The notes under the pieces were generated by a model. The model saw only the letters and a list, made by a program, of their open reading frames with translations, made no database searches and was not told where the DNA came from. Shown one piece after another: positions 31,211 to 40,659 of a DNA stretch of 64,000 nucleotides (within the stretch, counting starts at the first letter, position 1; every line of letters starts with the position of its first letter). Source of the stretch: Eikenella sp. GTDB lineage: Bacteria > Pseudomonadota > Gammaproteobacteria > Burkholderiales > Neisseriaceae. Made by a program: the position numbers and the translations under genes. The DNA is taken from the NCBI GenBank assembly GCA_030528345.1, contig JAUMZB010000002.1, positions 39,456 to 103,455 of the forward strand. Reading direction: 5' to 3'.

Positions 31211-32635
31211 TTAGGCAGACTTATGAATGTGCACGGTTTGGATAGAAGTGAATTCTTCCAGGCCGACGGCGCCAAATTCGGCGCCGAAACCGGATTGTTT
31301 CACGCCGCCAAAAGGCGCGTTGGGCTGAATGGCGCCGTGGTGGTTGACCCAGGCGCTGCCGCATTCCAGCCGTTGCGCCAACGCTTGGGCGGCCTCGATA
31401 TTGCTCGACCAAACAGAGCCGCCCAAACCGTAAGCGCTGCGGTTGGCGCGCTGCAATACTTCCTCAACATCACTAAATTGGATAATGGGCAAAATCGGGC
31501 CGAACTGTTCTTCATCTACCAAGCGCGCGCCGTCGCTGATGTTGCCCACCAAGGTGATGGGGTAAAAATAGCCGCTGTCATCCACTATCTCGCCGCCGCA
31601 CAGGAAATGGGCGCCGCCAGCGCGGGCGTCTTCGGCCAGCGCTTGCACAATGTCAAGCTGTTTGGCGTTTTGCAGGGGGCCAAAATCGCTGTCTTCCTCC
31701 AGGCCGTTACCCGTTTTGACGGATTGGGCAATGCCAACCAAGGCGGCACACAAACGCTCATACACCGATTCGTGCACATACAGCCGTTTCAAAGCAGCAC
31801 AGGTTTGGCCGTTATTGATAAAAGCGGTGGCAAAAATCTTGGGCGCAATGGCTTCGATATCGGCGTCGGCCAGCACAATGCCGGCATCGTTGCCGCCCAA
31901 TTCCAGCGTGAGGCGTTTCAAATTGGCGCTGGCATTTTGCATCACCGACCGCCCGGTGGGGCTGGAGCCGGTAAACACCACTTTGTCGATGTCCGGATGC
32001 GCCGCAATGGCCGCACCGATGTCGCCTTTGCCGGACACGATGTTCAGCACGCCGGGCGGCAAAATGTCTTTGGCCAGACGGGCCAGCTTCAGCACCGTCA
32101 AAGGCGTCAGCTCGGAAGGCTTGAGCACCACGGTATTGCCCGTGAGCAGAGCCGGAACGGCGTGCCAAATGCTGATCATCAGCGGGTAGTTCCACGGCGT
32201 AATCGAGCCGACCACACCCAAGGGCTTGCGGTGAACCTCTATCCGCAACGCTGCGTCGTCCTGAATCACGGCGGGCTGCAATTCATAATCACAGGTGCCG
32301 CGTATCCAAGCCAAAGTGCCGCCCAGCTCAAAACCGGCGCCCATGCCGAAAAAGCCTTTCAGCGGCTTGCCTTGCTCCTGGGTGAGCGTGGCGGCCAAAT
32401 CGTCCGCCGCCGCTTCCAAAGCGTCGGCCAAAGCCAGCAAACGGCTTTTACGCTCGGCATAAGCCAGCGCCGACCAAGCCGGGAATGCGGCGCGCGCGGC
32501 GGCCACCGCCTCATCCAGCTGCGCCAGGCTCGCCTGGGGCGCTTGCGCAATCACGGCCTTGGTAGCCGGGTTGATCACGTCAAAAGTATGGGCGCCGTCC
32601 AGCAGTTGCCCGTTGATCAGCATTTGGTAATTCAT
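31211..32635 (-). CDS. NAD(P)-dependent aldehyde dehydrogenase (candidate aryl-acetaldehyde dehydrogenase, FeaB-like role)
   Basis: 474 aa in the ALDH superfamily (MNYQMLINGQLL...). Heads the hpaG-E-D-F-H-I gene string on the same strand. Confidence 0.8.
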   Translation of the reverse strand: MNYQMLINGQLLDGAHTFDVINPATKAVIAQAPQASLAQLDEAVAAARAAFPAWSALAYAERKSRLLALADALEAAADDLAATLTQEQGKPLKGFFGMGAGFELGGTLAWIRGTCDYELQPAVIQDDAALRIEVHRKPLGVVGSITPWNYPLMISIWHAVPALLTGNTVVLKPSELTPLTVLKLARLAKDILPPGVLNIVSGKGDIGAAIAAHPDIDKVVFTGSSPTGRSVMQNASANLKRLTLELGGNDAGIVLADADIEAIAPKIFATAFINNGQTCAALKRLYVHESVYERLCAALVGIAQSVKTGNGLEEDSDFGPLQNAKQLDIVQALAEDARAGGAHFLCGGEIVDDSGYFYPITLVGNISDGARLVDEEQFGPILPIIQFSDVEEVLQRANRSAYGLGGSVWSSNIEAAQALAQRLECGSAWVNHHGAIQPNAPFGGVKQSGFGAEFGAVGLEEFTSIQTVHIHKSA

Positions 32636-32752
32636 CGTCTCTATCTCCTTCTTGATTGGAATGGCCGATTGCCTGCCCGCGTCACAGCCTTGCCGGCCGA
32701 AGCCTCCCCTTCGCCACAGAAAAATTCGCAGATGTGGGACAGGGGCAATTCA

Positions 32753-32903
32753 GACTGAGACCTTTGCAAAACCCCCATCTGCGGCGCATTTCTGCGTTGC
32801 GTGCTGCTCGCTCGCTTGCCTATCGTGTGATATGTCTGCGCTCGCTGCGCTGCTACGCCTTGAACTGCATCCACATCTGAGGGTTTTGCAAAGGTCTCAG
32901 ACT
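32753..32903. repeat. MITE-like repeat, family A (about 150 bp, opposite orientation)
   Basis: ctgagacctttgcaaaaccccc...gggttttgcaaaggtctcag terminal inverted repeats. Confidence 0.65.
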
Positions 32904-32943
32904 GGATATGGGTTGCAATCCTTCTATTTTTTACGATTTTCTT

Positions 32944-33107
32944 AGAACCTGTTCAAAGTCTTCTTGCGCAGCGGTTTTTCGAGGCAAAAACCGCAGATGC
33001 AAGGCGAAAATGCGCGCAAGATTGAACATCTTGCAAGTATTTTCAACGCAGCAGATGCGGGATTTTGACCGGAAATACCGCCGCAACGAAGACTTTGAAC
33101 AGGTTCT
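32944..33107. repeat. MITE-like repeat, family B (about 165 bp, TIR agaacctgttcaaagtcttc / gaagactttgaacaggttct)
   Basis: A near-identical copy lies at 50018-50201, and partial or diverged copies at 38905-38972, 39620-39860 and 24181-24240. Confidence 0.65.
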
Positions 33108-33372
33108 TATTGAAAAGATGGCGCAATGCAATGCGCTTGGTAGGCAGGCGACGGCATAGCCGCATCGCTTAGCAAGCATCCATACAACACTAATATATTA
33201 GCATTTGAAGTGTGCGTCAATGGCTTTGTCGGTTTGGCCGGCTTGTGGCCTGCCGTTTCATCATTGACACCAGGCATGTTGCGGATTGGTTTTCAGGTAG
33301 CCTGAATTCGATGGCCAACAAACCGCCTGCTGACGAAGGTGCGTTGTTAGGCGGTTTGCTGGCCGGGGCGGC

Positions 33373-34770
33373 TTACGGTTTGTTCTCTGTTTGGGCGGAG
33401 GGGAGGGGCTCGCGCTCAAACAAACCTTTTTTCATCACCAATTTCACCCACAAGGCCGACAATACCACCACCACCAACAACAGGCTGCCGGTCATGGTGT
33501 AAACCGTTTGCGTCATTTCCGGGGTGGGCGAATTATTGATAAAGAGATAGATCATGCTGGCAATGCCCAAGATTTGCAGCACGGGATACATCGGGGTTTT
33601 ATAGGGGCGGGCATGATGGGGGGCAATTTTGCGCAGAATCATCAAATCCAGGTGGGAGATGGCATAGGCCAGTACCCAGGTTGCCGCGGCGGCAATCAGT
33701 AAAGTGATGATGGTTTCTACGTTGCTGCCCAAAATCAAGGTCGGCAATAGGGTGATGCCGCCCATAAACAAGATGGCCACCCAAGGCGTTTTGAATTTGG
33801 GATGGATTTTTTTAAACACGCCCAATGCCTGGCCGTTTTCCGCCATGCCGTAGAGCATGCGCGATACGCTGGCCAATACGGTATTGACCGTGCTGCCGCT
33901 GGCGGTTAAGCACACCACGGCCAACACCCATTTCGAAGACTCGCCGAATACGGCGATAAAGTAGTCGAAATGCGGTACCGGCGAATTGGTCAGGGTTTCG
34001 CGGCTGATATAGGTGCCGGCGCCCAAGGCCAGTAAGGCATAAATGCCGAAGATCACGAAAGCGCCGATAAACATGGAGCGCGGAATGTCGCGGGCAGGGC
34101 TTTTCGACTCCTCAATCAGCGGGCACACAAATTCCAAGCCGAAATAAGCCCACATGCCCAAACCCAACAGCGCCAGCATGCTGCCGTCTATCGCGCCCCA
34201 ATCGGCAAACGGAGTGTGCGGCGGCGGCACCGGCGCCCCCGTCTGGCTGATGGCCACCACGCTGATTACGGCCAAAAACACCAACATCACATAAGTCAGA
34301 AAACTTTGCACATTGGCGAAAATATCCGTACCCAAAATATTCAGCAAGGTAAACAGGCCAACCACGGCAATCACCACCACAGTGGGCGAAAAGACACCGG
34401 GGAATAAGACATTGAGCACTTCGCCCACCAGCATCACTTCGGCCGACAAGCCGAACATGGTCAGCATGATATAGCCGGTCATGGTGGCCAAAATGGCCGG
34501 GAAATGCCCCATGGCCATTTCTGTGTAAGTACTCAGGCTGCCGGCTTTGGGGAACATCAGCGACAGTTCCGCAAAGGTGGAGGCATTGCACAGAGCGATA
34601 ATCAGGCCGATCACCAGCACCAGTATGAAGTCGGTGCCGCCGTAGCCCACGCCCTGCAACACAGACACAATAGGGCCTTGCCCCACCACCAGCCCCACTG
34701 CGATGGCAAGCAGACTGCCAAATTTTAATAGTCGCTTGAATTTGCTGTTTTCAGCATTTGCATTGCTCAT
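33373..34770 (-). CDS. APC-superfamily amino acid / aromatic amine permease
   Basis: 465 aa with 12 TM helices. Amino acid permease motifs (GSLLAIAVGLVVGQG..., FAELSLMFPKAGS). Confidence 0.8.
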   Translation of the reverse strand: MSNANAENSKFKRLLKFGSLLAIAVGLVVGQGPIVSVLQGVGYGGTDFILVLVIGLIIALCNASTFAELSLMFPKAGSLSTYTEMAMGHFPAILATMTGYIMLTMFGLSAEVMLVGEVLNVLFPGVFSPTVVVIAVVGLFTLLNILGTDIFANVQSFLTYVMLVFLAVISVVAISQTGAPVPPPHTPFADWGAIDGSMLALLGLGMWAYFGLEFVCPLIEESKSPARDIPRSMFIGAFVIFGIYALLALGAGTYISRETLTNSPVPHFDYFIAVFGESSKWVLAVVCLTASGSTVNTVLASVSRMLYGMAENGQALGVFKKIHPKFKTPWVAILFMGGITLLPTLILGSNVETIITLLIAAAATWVLAYAISHLDLMILRKIAPHHARPYKTPMYPVLQILGIASMIYLFINNSPTPEMTQTVYTMTGSLLLVVVVLSALWVKLVMKKGLFEREPLPSAQTENKP

Positions 34771-35152
34771 GGTTCATTCCTCTGTAGGTTGCGGATGATT
34801 GTTATTGGGATAAAGGGGTTGTTTCGATACCGAAGCACGGGGCAGATTCCGGAATGTGTGTCTGCCGATATATGTCTTCGGTGTTTCCGGCCAGCATCCC
34901 GGGACTGCTGCGTTGTGCTCAAAACGGCAGGGGAATGCCGTCAAGGTGCTCAATTTTGCGTGCGCACCCCGCAGCGACAGATTTGCACAAAACCGTCTTT
35001 TAAACAGACAGTTGGACAAATGCCGAGAAGCTGCTTGTGAAAATAATACTAATATATTCCTAAAAAGGCAAACATTAATTTACATGTGCCGTCGAGACCA
35101 TGCGGATGTGTGCTTGGAGCGGGGAGCGTGCTTATCCTGCAAATTGGCAAAC

Positions 35153-35340
35153 CTGAGATCTTGACCCTCCGTCTGCGGCGTATTTTTGCGTTGTGTGTTG
35201 ATGCCGGTGTGGGTATGGCATGCCTGCTTGCCCATCTGATGGACGGAGCGGTCGCGCAGGAGTGTTCGATGATCATGCTTGCTGTGCTGCTGCGCCTTGA
35301 ACTGCATCCTCATCCGGAAGTTGGGCAAAGGTCTCAAGAT
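35153..35340. repeat. MITE-like repeat, family A (full-length copy)
   Basis: Termini acctgagatcttgac... / ...gcaaaggtctcaagat. Confidence 0.6.
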
Positions 35341-35624
35341 CTCAAACGGCATCAACGCTGTTCTGGCCGTCTTGCCTGCCGGCGATCCGGTGGGCTGTCC
35401 GGTCTGCGGTTTGGGTACAGCGGGGCATTATCGACAGCCCTCGATGCAAGCGGCTGATGGGCATTTTGCCGGTTTGCTTGAGCGGACAAGGCGTCGCTTG
35501 CTAATTTGCAAATATATTAGTAATATGGAGGCAGAAAAATATGGGGATAAGTATTTATCTTTGATTTTAAAGGAAAACATTATCCTTTCTTCTTGCTGCA
35601 ATTGAGTGTAAAGGAAAAAGAATC

Positions 35625-37502
35625 ATGCAATTTCATCATCACGGTTATGTTTCAACCAATCCGAGAGTGCAGGCGGCGCAAGGGACAGGCGTTAACCGCC
35701 CCGACGATTTGCCGGATGTGATGGATGTGTTGATTGTCGGCTCCGGGCCGGCCGGCATGCTGTTGGCCGCCCAGCTGTCCCAATACCCGAGCATTGTGAC
35801 CCGCATCATTGAAAAACGGAACGGGCGTTTGGAAATCGGGCAGGCAGACGGCATTCAGGCGCGCAGCGTGGAAACTTTCCAAGCGTTCGGTTTTGCCGAG
35901 GCCATTACCCAAGAGGCTTATCGAATTTGCGAGATGAATTTTTGGGCGCCTTCCAAGACCGATCCCGGCCACATTGTCCGCACCCACCGTACTCTGGATG
36001 ATGAGCATGGCGTCAGCGAGTTTCCCCACTTGATTGTCAATCAAGCCCGGGTTTTGGATTATTTCGCCGATGTCGCCAAAAATTCGCCTGCCCGCATTGA
36101 ACCGGACTATGGGGTGGAATTTGTGGGTTTGCAGGTGGGCGAAGGGGAATATCCGGTGTCGGTGACCATCCGCTACACCGCCGGAAGTAGGGAAGGGGAA
36201 AAACGCACTGTTCGGGCCAAATACGTTGTGGGCTGTGACGGCGCCCGCAGCGCTGTCCGCCAAGCCATTGGCCGCCATCATATCGGTGGCGTTTCTCTGC
36301 ATGCTTGGGGGGTGATGGATATTTTGGCGGTGACGGATTTTCCCGACATCCGTAAAAAATGTGCCATTCAGTCGCATGAAAACGGCAGTATTTTGCTGAT
36401 TCCCCGCGAAGGCGGACATCTGTTCCGCATGTATGTGGATTTGGGCGATGTGGCGGAAAACGACAACCATGCCGTCCGCCAGACGCCGCTGGCCGACATC
36501 ATCGCCAAAGCCAATGCCATCATCCATCCCTACCAATTGGAAGTCAAAGATGTGGCGTGGTGGTCGGTCTATGAGGTGGGTCACCGGGTCACCGATAAAT
36601 TTGACGACGTGGATGCAGGTAAAGAGGGGGAACGGTTGCCGCATGTGTTTATTTGCGGCGACGCCTGCCATACGCACAGCGCCAAAGCCGGGCAGGGCAT
36701 GAATGTATCCATGCAGGACGGTTTTAATTTGGGCTGGAAGTTGGGATCGGTGCTGACCGGACGCAGCCCGGAATCATTGCTGGCCACTTATTCGGCCGAA
36801 CGGCAGATTGTGGCGCAAGACCTGATTAACTTTGATAAAGAGTGGTCCAGTTTGATGGCCAAAAAGCCGGAAGAGTTTGACAGCCCGGACGAACTCAGCG
36901 AGTACTATGTGAGAACGGCCGAGTTTCCGGCAGGCTTTATGACCGAATACGCGCCTTCCATGATTATCGGCAGTACCGATCATCAGGCGCTGGCCAAAGG
37001 TTTTCCGGTGGGCAAGCGCTTTAAGTCGGCGCCGGTGGTGCGGATCGCCGATGCGGTGCCGGCGCATTTGGGTCATCATGCCAAAGCGGATGGCCGGTGG
37101 CGTATTTATGCTTTTGCCGATATCGATAAAACCCGTTTGCACGCATTGGCGCAATGGCTGGGGCACGATAAGGCTTCCCCGTTGCTGACATACACGCCGA
37201 AAGATGCTGATCTGGACAGTGTATTCGATGTCAAGGCGATTTACCGGCAGCCGCATTACGAGATTGACATAAGGGATATTCCGGACGTTTTCCTACCACG
37301 GGTAGGCCCCTTCCAATTGGTTGATTACGAAAAAATCTATGCCGCCGAGGAAGGACATTCCATTTTCGAGCTGCGCGAAATCGATTCGCAAGGCGCTTTG
37401 GTGGTGGTGCGTCCGGATCAATACGTTGCACACGTACTGCCGCTTACCGCCACCGACGAGTTGGCTGCTTTCTTTAAGCAAAATATGCTGGCTTGCCGTT
37501 AA
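35625..37502 (+). CDS. FAD-dependent aromatic-ring monooxygenase, phenol 2-monooxygenase (PheA/TfdB/MobA) family, with a C-terminal thioredoxin-like dimerisation domain
   Basis: 625 aa. GXGXXG (LIVGSGPAGM), DG motif and GDACHTHSAKAGQGMN FAD motif. RBS aggaaa upstream. Confidence 0.8.
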   Translation: MQFHHHGYVSTNPRVQAAQGTGVNRPDDLPDVMDVLIVGSGPAGMLLAAQLSQYPSIVTRIIEKRNGRLEIGQADGIQARSVETFQAFGFAEAITQEAYRICEMNFWAPSKTDPGHIVRTHRTLDDEHGVSEFPHLIVNQARVLDYFADVAKNSPARIEPDYGVEFVGLQVGEGEYPVSVTIRYTAGSREGEKRTVRAKYVVGCDGARSAVRQAIGRHHIGGVSLHAWGVMDILAVTDFPDIRKKCAIQSHENGSILLIPREGGHLFRMYVDLGDVAENDNHAVRQTPLADIIAKANAIIHPYQLEVKDVAWWSVYEVGHRVTDKFDDVDAGKEGERLPHVFICGDACHTHSAKAGQGMNVSMQDGFNLGWKLGSVLTGRSPESLLATYSAERQIVAQDLINFDKEWSSLMAKKPEEFDSPDELSEYYVRTAEFPAGFMTEYAPSMIIGSTDHQALAKGFPVGKRFKSAPVVRIADAVPAHLGHHAKADGRWRIYAFADIDKTRLHALAQWLGHDKASPLLTYTPKDADLDSVFDVKAIYRQPHYEIDIRDIPDVFLPRVGPFQLVDYEKIYAAEEGHSIFELREIDSQGALVVVRPDQYVAHVLPLTATDELAAFFKQNMLACR

Positions 37503-37574
37503 GCAGATGACTTTGCCTTGAGTTCGGGTTTCACGACAAACCCACCCATGCAGATACGCCGGAGAAACAGACCC

Positions 37575-38876
37575 ATGCACATTGATGAAGCACCCACTTA
37601 TTATACGGCCACGCGGCGCTACCACCTGTCCTTTCCTTCCCTGGAAACCGATATCCAAACAGAAGTGGTGATTATCGGCGGCGGCTTTTCAGGTATCCAC
37701 ACGGCTTTGGAGCTGGCCGAGCAGGGCGTAACGGACACGGTTGTGTTGGAAGCCCGTTACTTGGGTTACGGCGGTACCAGCCGCAATGGCGGACAAGTCA
37801 TGGCCGGCATCGGGCATGATATCGACGCCATTAAGGCCGACGTGGGCGAAGACGGATTGAAGGCCATTTTCTCGTTAAGCGACATGGGGCCCGAAATTAT
37901 GCGTGAGCGCATCAAGCGCTACGATATCGATGCCGATTTTCACAGCGGCTACGGTTACATGGCCTACAACGAGCGGCAGGCGAAAACATTAAGAGCGTGG
38001 GAGAAGGAGTTTAAATCACTGAACTCTCCCCATGAAATCCGCTACCTGGAAGGCAAGGAAGTGGGCGAGATTATCGGCTCGGAAGTTTATCGCGCCGCCT
38101 TGCTGCACCGCGGCGGCGGCCATGTGCACTCGCTCAATCTCTTATTGGGCGAAGCCAAAGCACTCACGGAAATCTACGGTGCCCGCATTTTTGAGTACAG
38201 CCCGGCATTGCAGGTTACCTATGGCGACCGAATTGAAGTCAGAACCGCCAAAGGCATTATCCGTGCCAAAAAACTGGTTTGGGCGGTAGACGGCTTCAAC
38301 AACCGTATCGAACCGGAAATTCACGGCCGTACCATCAATGTTTATGCTTTCAACTCGGTCACTGAGCCGTTAAGCGAAGCGCTGATTCAGCGCATCAGCC
38401 CGATTCGCGGCGCCTACAGCGACATCCGCCCGGTTATCAATTATTACCGCGTAACCCCGGACAACCGTCTGATGTTCGGCTCATCCACCGGCTACATCGA
38501 ATATATGCCCTCGGATTTGAAAGCGTGGAATAAAAAATTGATGGTAGAAGTATTCCCCTATCTGAAAGACGTGAATATCGATTTGGCATGGGGCGGCCCC
38601 ATGGCGGCCTCGCGTAATCTTTTCCCCCAAATCGGCACCTTGCAAAGCCGGCCCAATGTTTTTTATGTGCAAGGTTATTCGGGCTTCGGCGTCACCCCCA
38701 GCCAAATCATCTGCAAAATTTTGGCCGAAGGCATTCTGGGCGGCTCCGAACGCTATCGCTTGCTCAGCAGCATCCGCCATGCCGAGATTGCCCATAAAGA
38801 CCGTTACCGTGCCCTGCTGGTGAGTTTGGGCAAAATCATGCACCAGACTTCAGGTTATTGGCACGGCCGCAGTTAA
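37575..38876 (+). CDS. FAD-dependent oxidoreductase, DAO family (gamma-glutamylputrescine oxidase PuuB/OrdL-like amine oxidase)
   Basis: 433 aa from MHIDEAP. VVIIGGGFSGIHTALELAEQG is a dinucleotide-binding motif. Confidence 0.75.
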   Translation: MHIDEAPTYYTATRRYHLSFPSLETDIQTEVVIIGGGFSGIHTALELAEQGVTDTVVLEARYLGYGGTSRNGGQVMAGIGHDIDAIKADVGEDGLKAIFSLSDMGPEIMRERIKRYDIDADFHSGYGYMAYNERQAKTLRAWEKEFKSLNSPHEIRYLEGKEVGEIIGSEVYRAALLHRGGGHVHSLNLLLGEAKALTEIYGARIFEYSPALQVTYGDRIEVRTAKGIIRAKKLVWAVDGFNNRIEPEIHGRTINVYAFNSVTEPLSEALIQRISPIRGAYSDIRPVINYYRVTPDNRLMFGSSTGYIEYMPSDLKAWNKKLMVEVFPYLKDVNIDLAWGGPMAASRNLFPQIGTLQSRPNVFYVQGYSGFGVTPSQIICKILAEGILGGSERYRLLSSIRHAEIAHKDRYRALLVSLGKIMHQTSGYWHGRS

Positions 38877-39061
38877 AACCGGCTTGAAAGTCTGAAAGCC
38901 TGCTCATTATTTTCTGACGCAGCAGACGCGGGATTTCGACCAACCGCCGCAACGGAAACTTTGAACCGGTTCTTCCCATCCGGAAACAGTTCGTGGGCGC
39001 AAACTGTTTCGAGATACGGCAAGCGCGCCTACCCATCATTTAGCAAAAAAGGATATGTGCA

Positions 39062-39433
39062 ATGAGTCTGACACCGCTGAAAAAAGGCATGACCCTGCAA
39101 GAACTGGATTTGATTGGCCCGTTAACCGTTTTGGGCGGTGAAATCTTGGAAGGCGGAGAAGTGAAAGCCTATGCCAAAGGCACCTATGGCGATCCAGGGG
39201 CGCCGATCAGCGCCGGCTATTTCGGTACTAATAAGGGTCGCTACCGCCTGGTTTACCCGTTTAGCGAACAAGCAACCATTATGCAGGGGGAAGTACGCAT
39301 TACGGATGAAAGCACCGGCGAAACCCACCATTTCAAAGCCGGAGATTCCTGGTTTATCACCAAAGGCACCTCCACCGTATGGGAAGTATTGACCGACCAC
39401 TACACCAAGCACTATCTGTCGTTCAACGAATAG
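39062..39433 (+). CDS. cupin-domain protein (cupin_3/DUF861-like)
   Basis: 123 aa. The two-His cupin motif region (GEVRITDESTGETHHFKAGDSWFI) is present. Confidence 0.55.
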   Translation: MSLTPLKKGMTLQELDLIGPLTVLGGEILEGGEVKAYAKGTYGDPGAPISAGYFGTNKGRYRLVYPFSEQATIMQGEVRITDESTGETHHFKAGDSWFITKGTSTVWEVLTDHYTKHYLSFNE

Positions 39434-39435
39434 CC

Positions 39436-39533
39436 CGAGACCGTTGCAAACCCTCCAGATGCGGATGCAGTTCAAGGCGTAGCAGCGCACAACGCAGAAA
39501 TGCGCCGAAGATGGGGGTTTTGCAAAGGTCTCG
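39436..39533. repeat. MITE-like repeat, family A (short form, about 98 bp, internal deletion)
   Basis: gagaccgttgcaaaccctccagatgcgg...gggggttttgcaaaggtctc. Starts immediately after the cupin stop codon. Confidence 0.6.
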
Positions 39534-39619
39534 CCCCTCTGCAAATCTGAAAACAAACCCGTGTACCGGCCCGCCCGGCCGTGCGGCTAGCATTGACTGC
39601 AAGCCGTTACCGTCTTAGG

Positions 39620-39860
39620 GCGTGTCGTCATAATGCTTGAGAAGCGGTTTTTTTAGCTTCGCAAGTCCGCTGCGCTACCGAGGCAAAACCCGCAGCTGCA
39701 AGGCTCACTCGAAGAGGGCGGTTTTACACGCTACGCCAGTCAAACCAGCCAGCGCAGCAAGATGGGACATCTTGCGGGCATTTTCTGCGTCCCCTTGGGG
39801 GATAACGCTCCAACTACGGGTTTTGACCAAAAATACCGCCGCAACGCTTTGTGAGGACAC
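39620..39860. repeat. family B-related repeat (long, diverged variant)
   Basis: Shares the ggtttttcgaggcaaaacccgcag...gggattttgaccaaaaataccgccgcaacg core with the 32944-33107 and 50018-50201 copies. Confidence 0.5.
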
Positions 39861-40659
39861 ACTCTAGAGTCTCATCCCAAAGCGAATAAACCTTTTTGCC
39901 GCCGCTGTGGTCGCCCATATCAAATTCCGGCGCCGCCACGCCCAGCTTGGCGGCTTCGCGGCGGTAAAAGTCAAGGCGGGACGGCTGCGGGGTTTCCACC
40001 ACATTGCGGACTACCCTGCCGGGCGTGTCTTCGGTGGCGGCAAGCAGGGCGGCCACGGCGCGGTCGCGGTGCAGCATATTGGCCGGCGCATGGGGCGCAC
40101 GGGCGGGCTGGCGGCGCAACAGGCTGTACAGCGGATGGCGTTCGGCGGCATACAGGCCGCCCAAACGCAGCAGGCTCACATTCGGCACCGCGCTCGCCCA
40201 CATCAGCTGCTCGGCGGCCAACACTTTGCGCGCCGACTCGGTATCGGGCTGCGGCGGTGTGTCTTCATCGCAATCGCGCACCGCGCCGCCGTATACGCTG
40301 ATGCTGCTGCCGTACACGATATGGGCTACCTGAAAACGCTCGGCCAAGGCCAGCCAGCGGCCGATCACATCTGCATAATCCGCCACCGCCGAAGGCGGCA
40401 GCAGGCAGAACCAGGTGGCTTTGCCGGCCCAATGTTCTGCCCAAAACGGCTGCGTCCATACTTCGGGCGCGTTGAGGTCGGCGACCGCCAAAGCAATCGG
40501 CAGACAGACATCGTCGGAAGTCAGCCTACGTTTCAGCGCCGCCACCGCGCGGCCTTGCTGATAGAGCGCTTCGGCCAGCGGGCGGCCCAAATGGCCGAAA
40601 CCGAGTATTGCCGCGCCGTTCAGGCCGTTGCTTCGCGCGTCCATGCCGGCTGAATCCAT
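39814..40659 (-). CDS. NAD(P)-binding Rossmann-fold protein (NAD-dependent epimerase/dehydratase-like)
   Basis: AAILGFGHLGRPLAEALYQQG N-terminal dinucleotide motif. The last ~15 codons and the stop lie inside the family B repeat. Start is uncertain (40659 or 40644) and the gene overlaps LOG by about 40 bp. Confidence 0.55.
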   Translation of the reverse strand: MDSAGMDARSNGLNGAAILGFGHLGRPLAEALYQQGRAVAALKRRLTSDDVCLPIALAVADLNAPEVWTQPFWAEHWAGKATWFCLLPPSAVADYADVIGRWLALAERFQVAHIVYGSSISVYGGAVRDCDEDTPPQPDTESARKVLAAEQLMWASAVPNVSLLRLGGLYAAERHPLYSLLRRQPARAPHAPANMLHRDRAVAALLAATEDTPGRVVRNVVETPQPSRLDFYRREAAKLGVAAPEFDMGDHSGGKKVYSLWDETLECVLTKRCGGIFGQNP

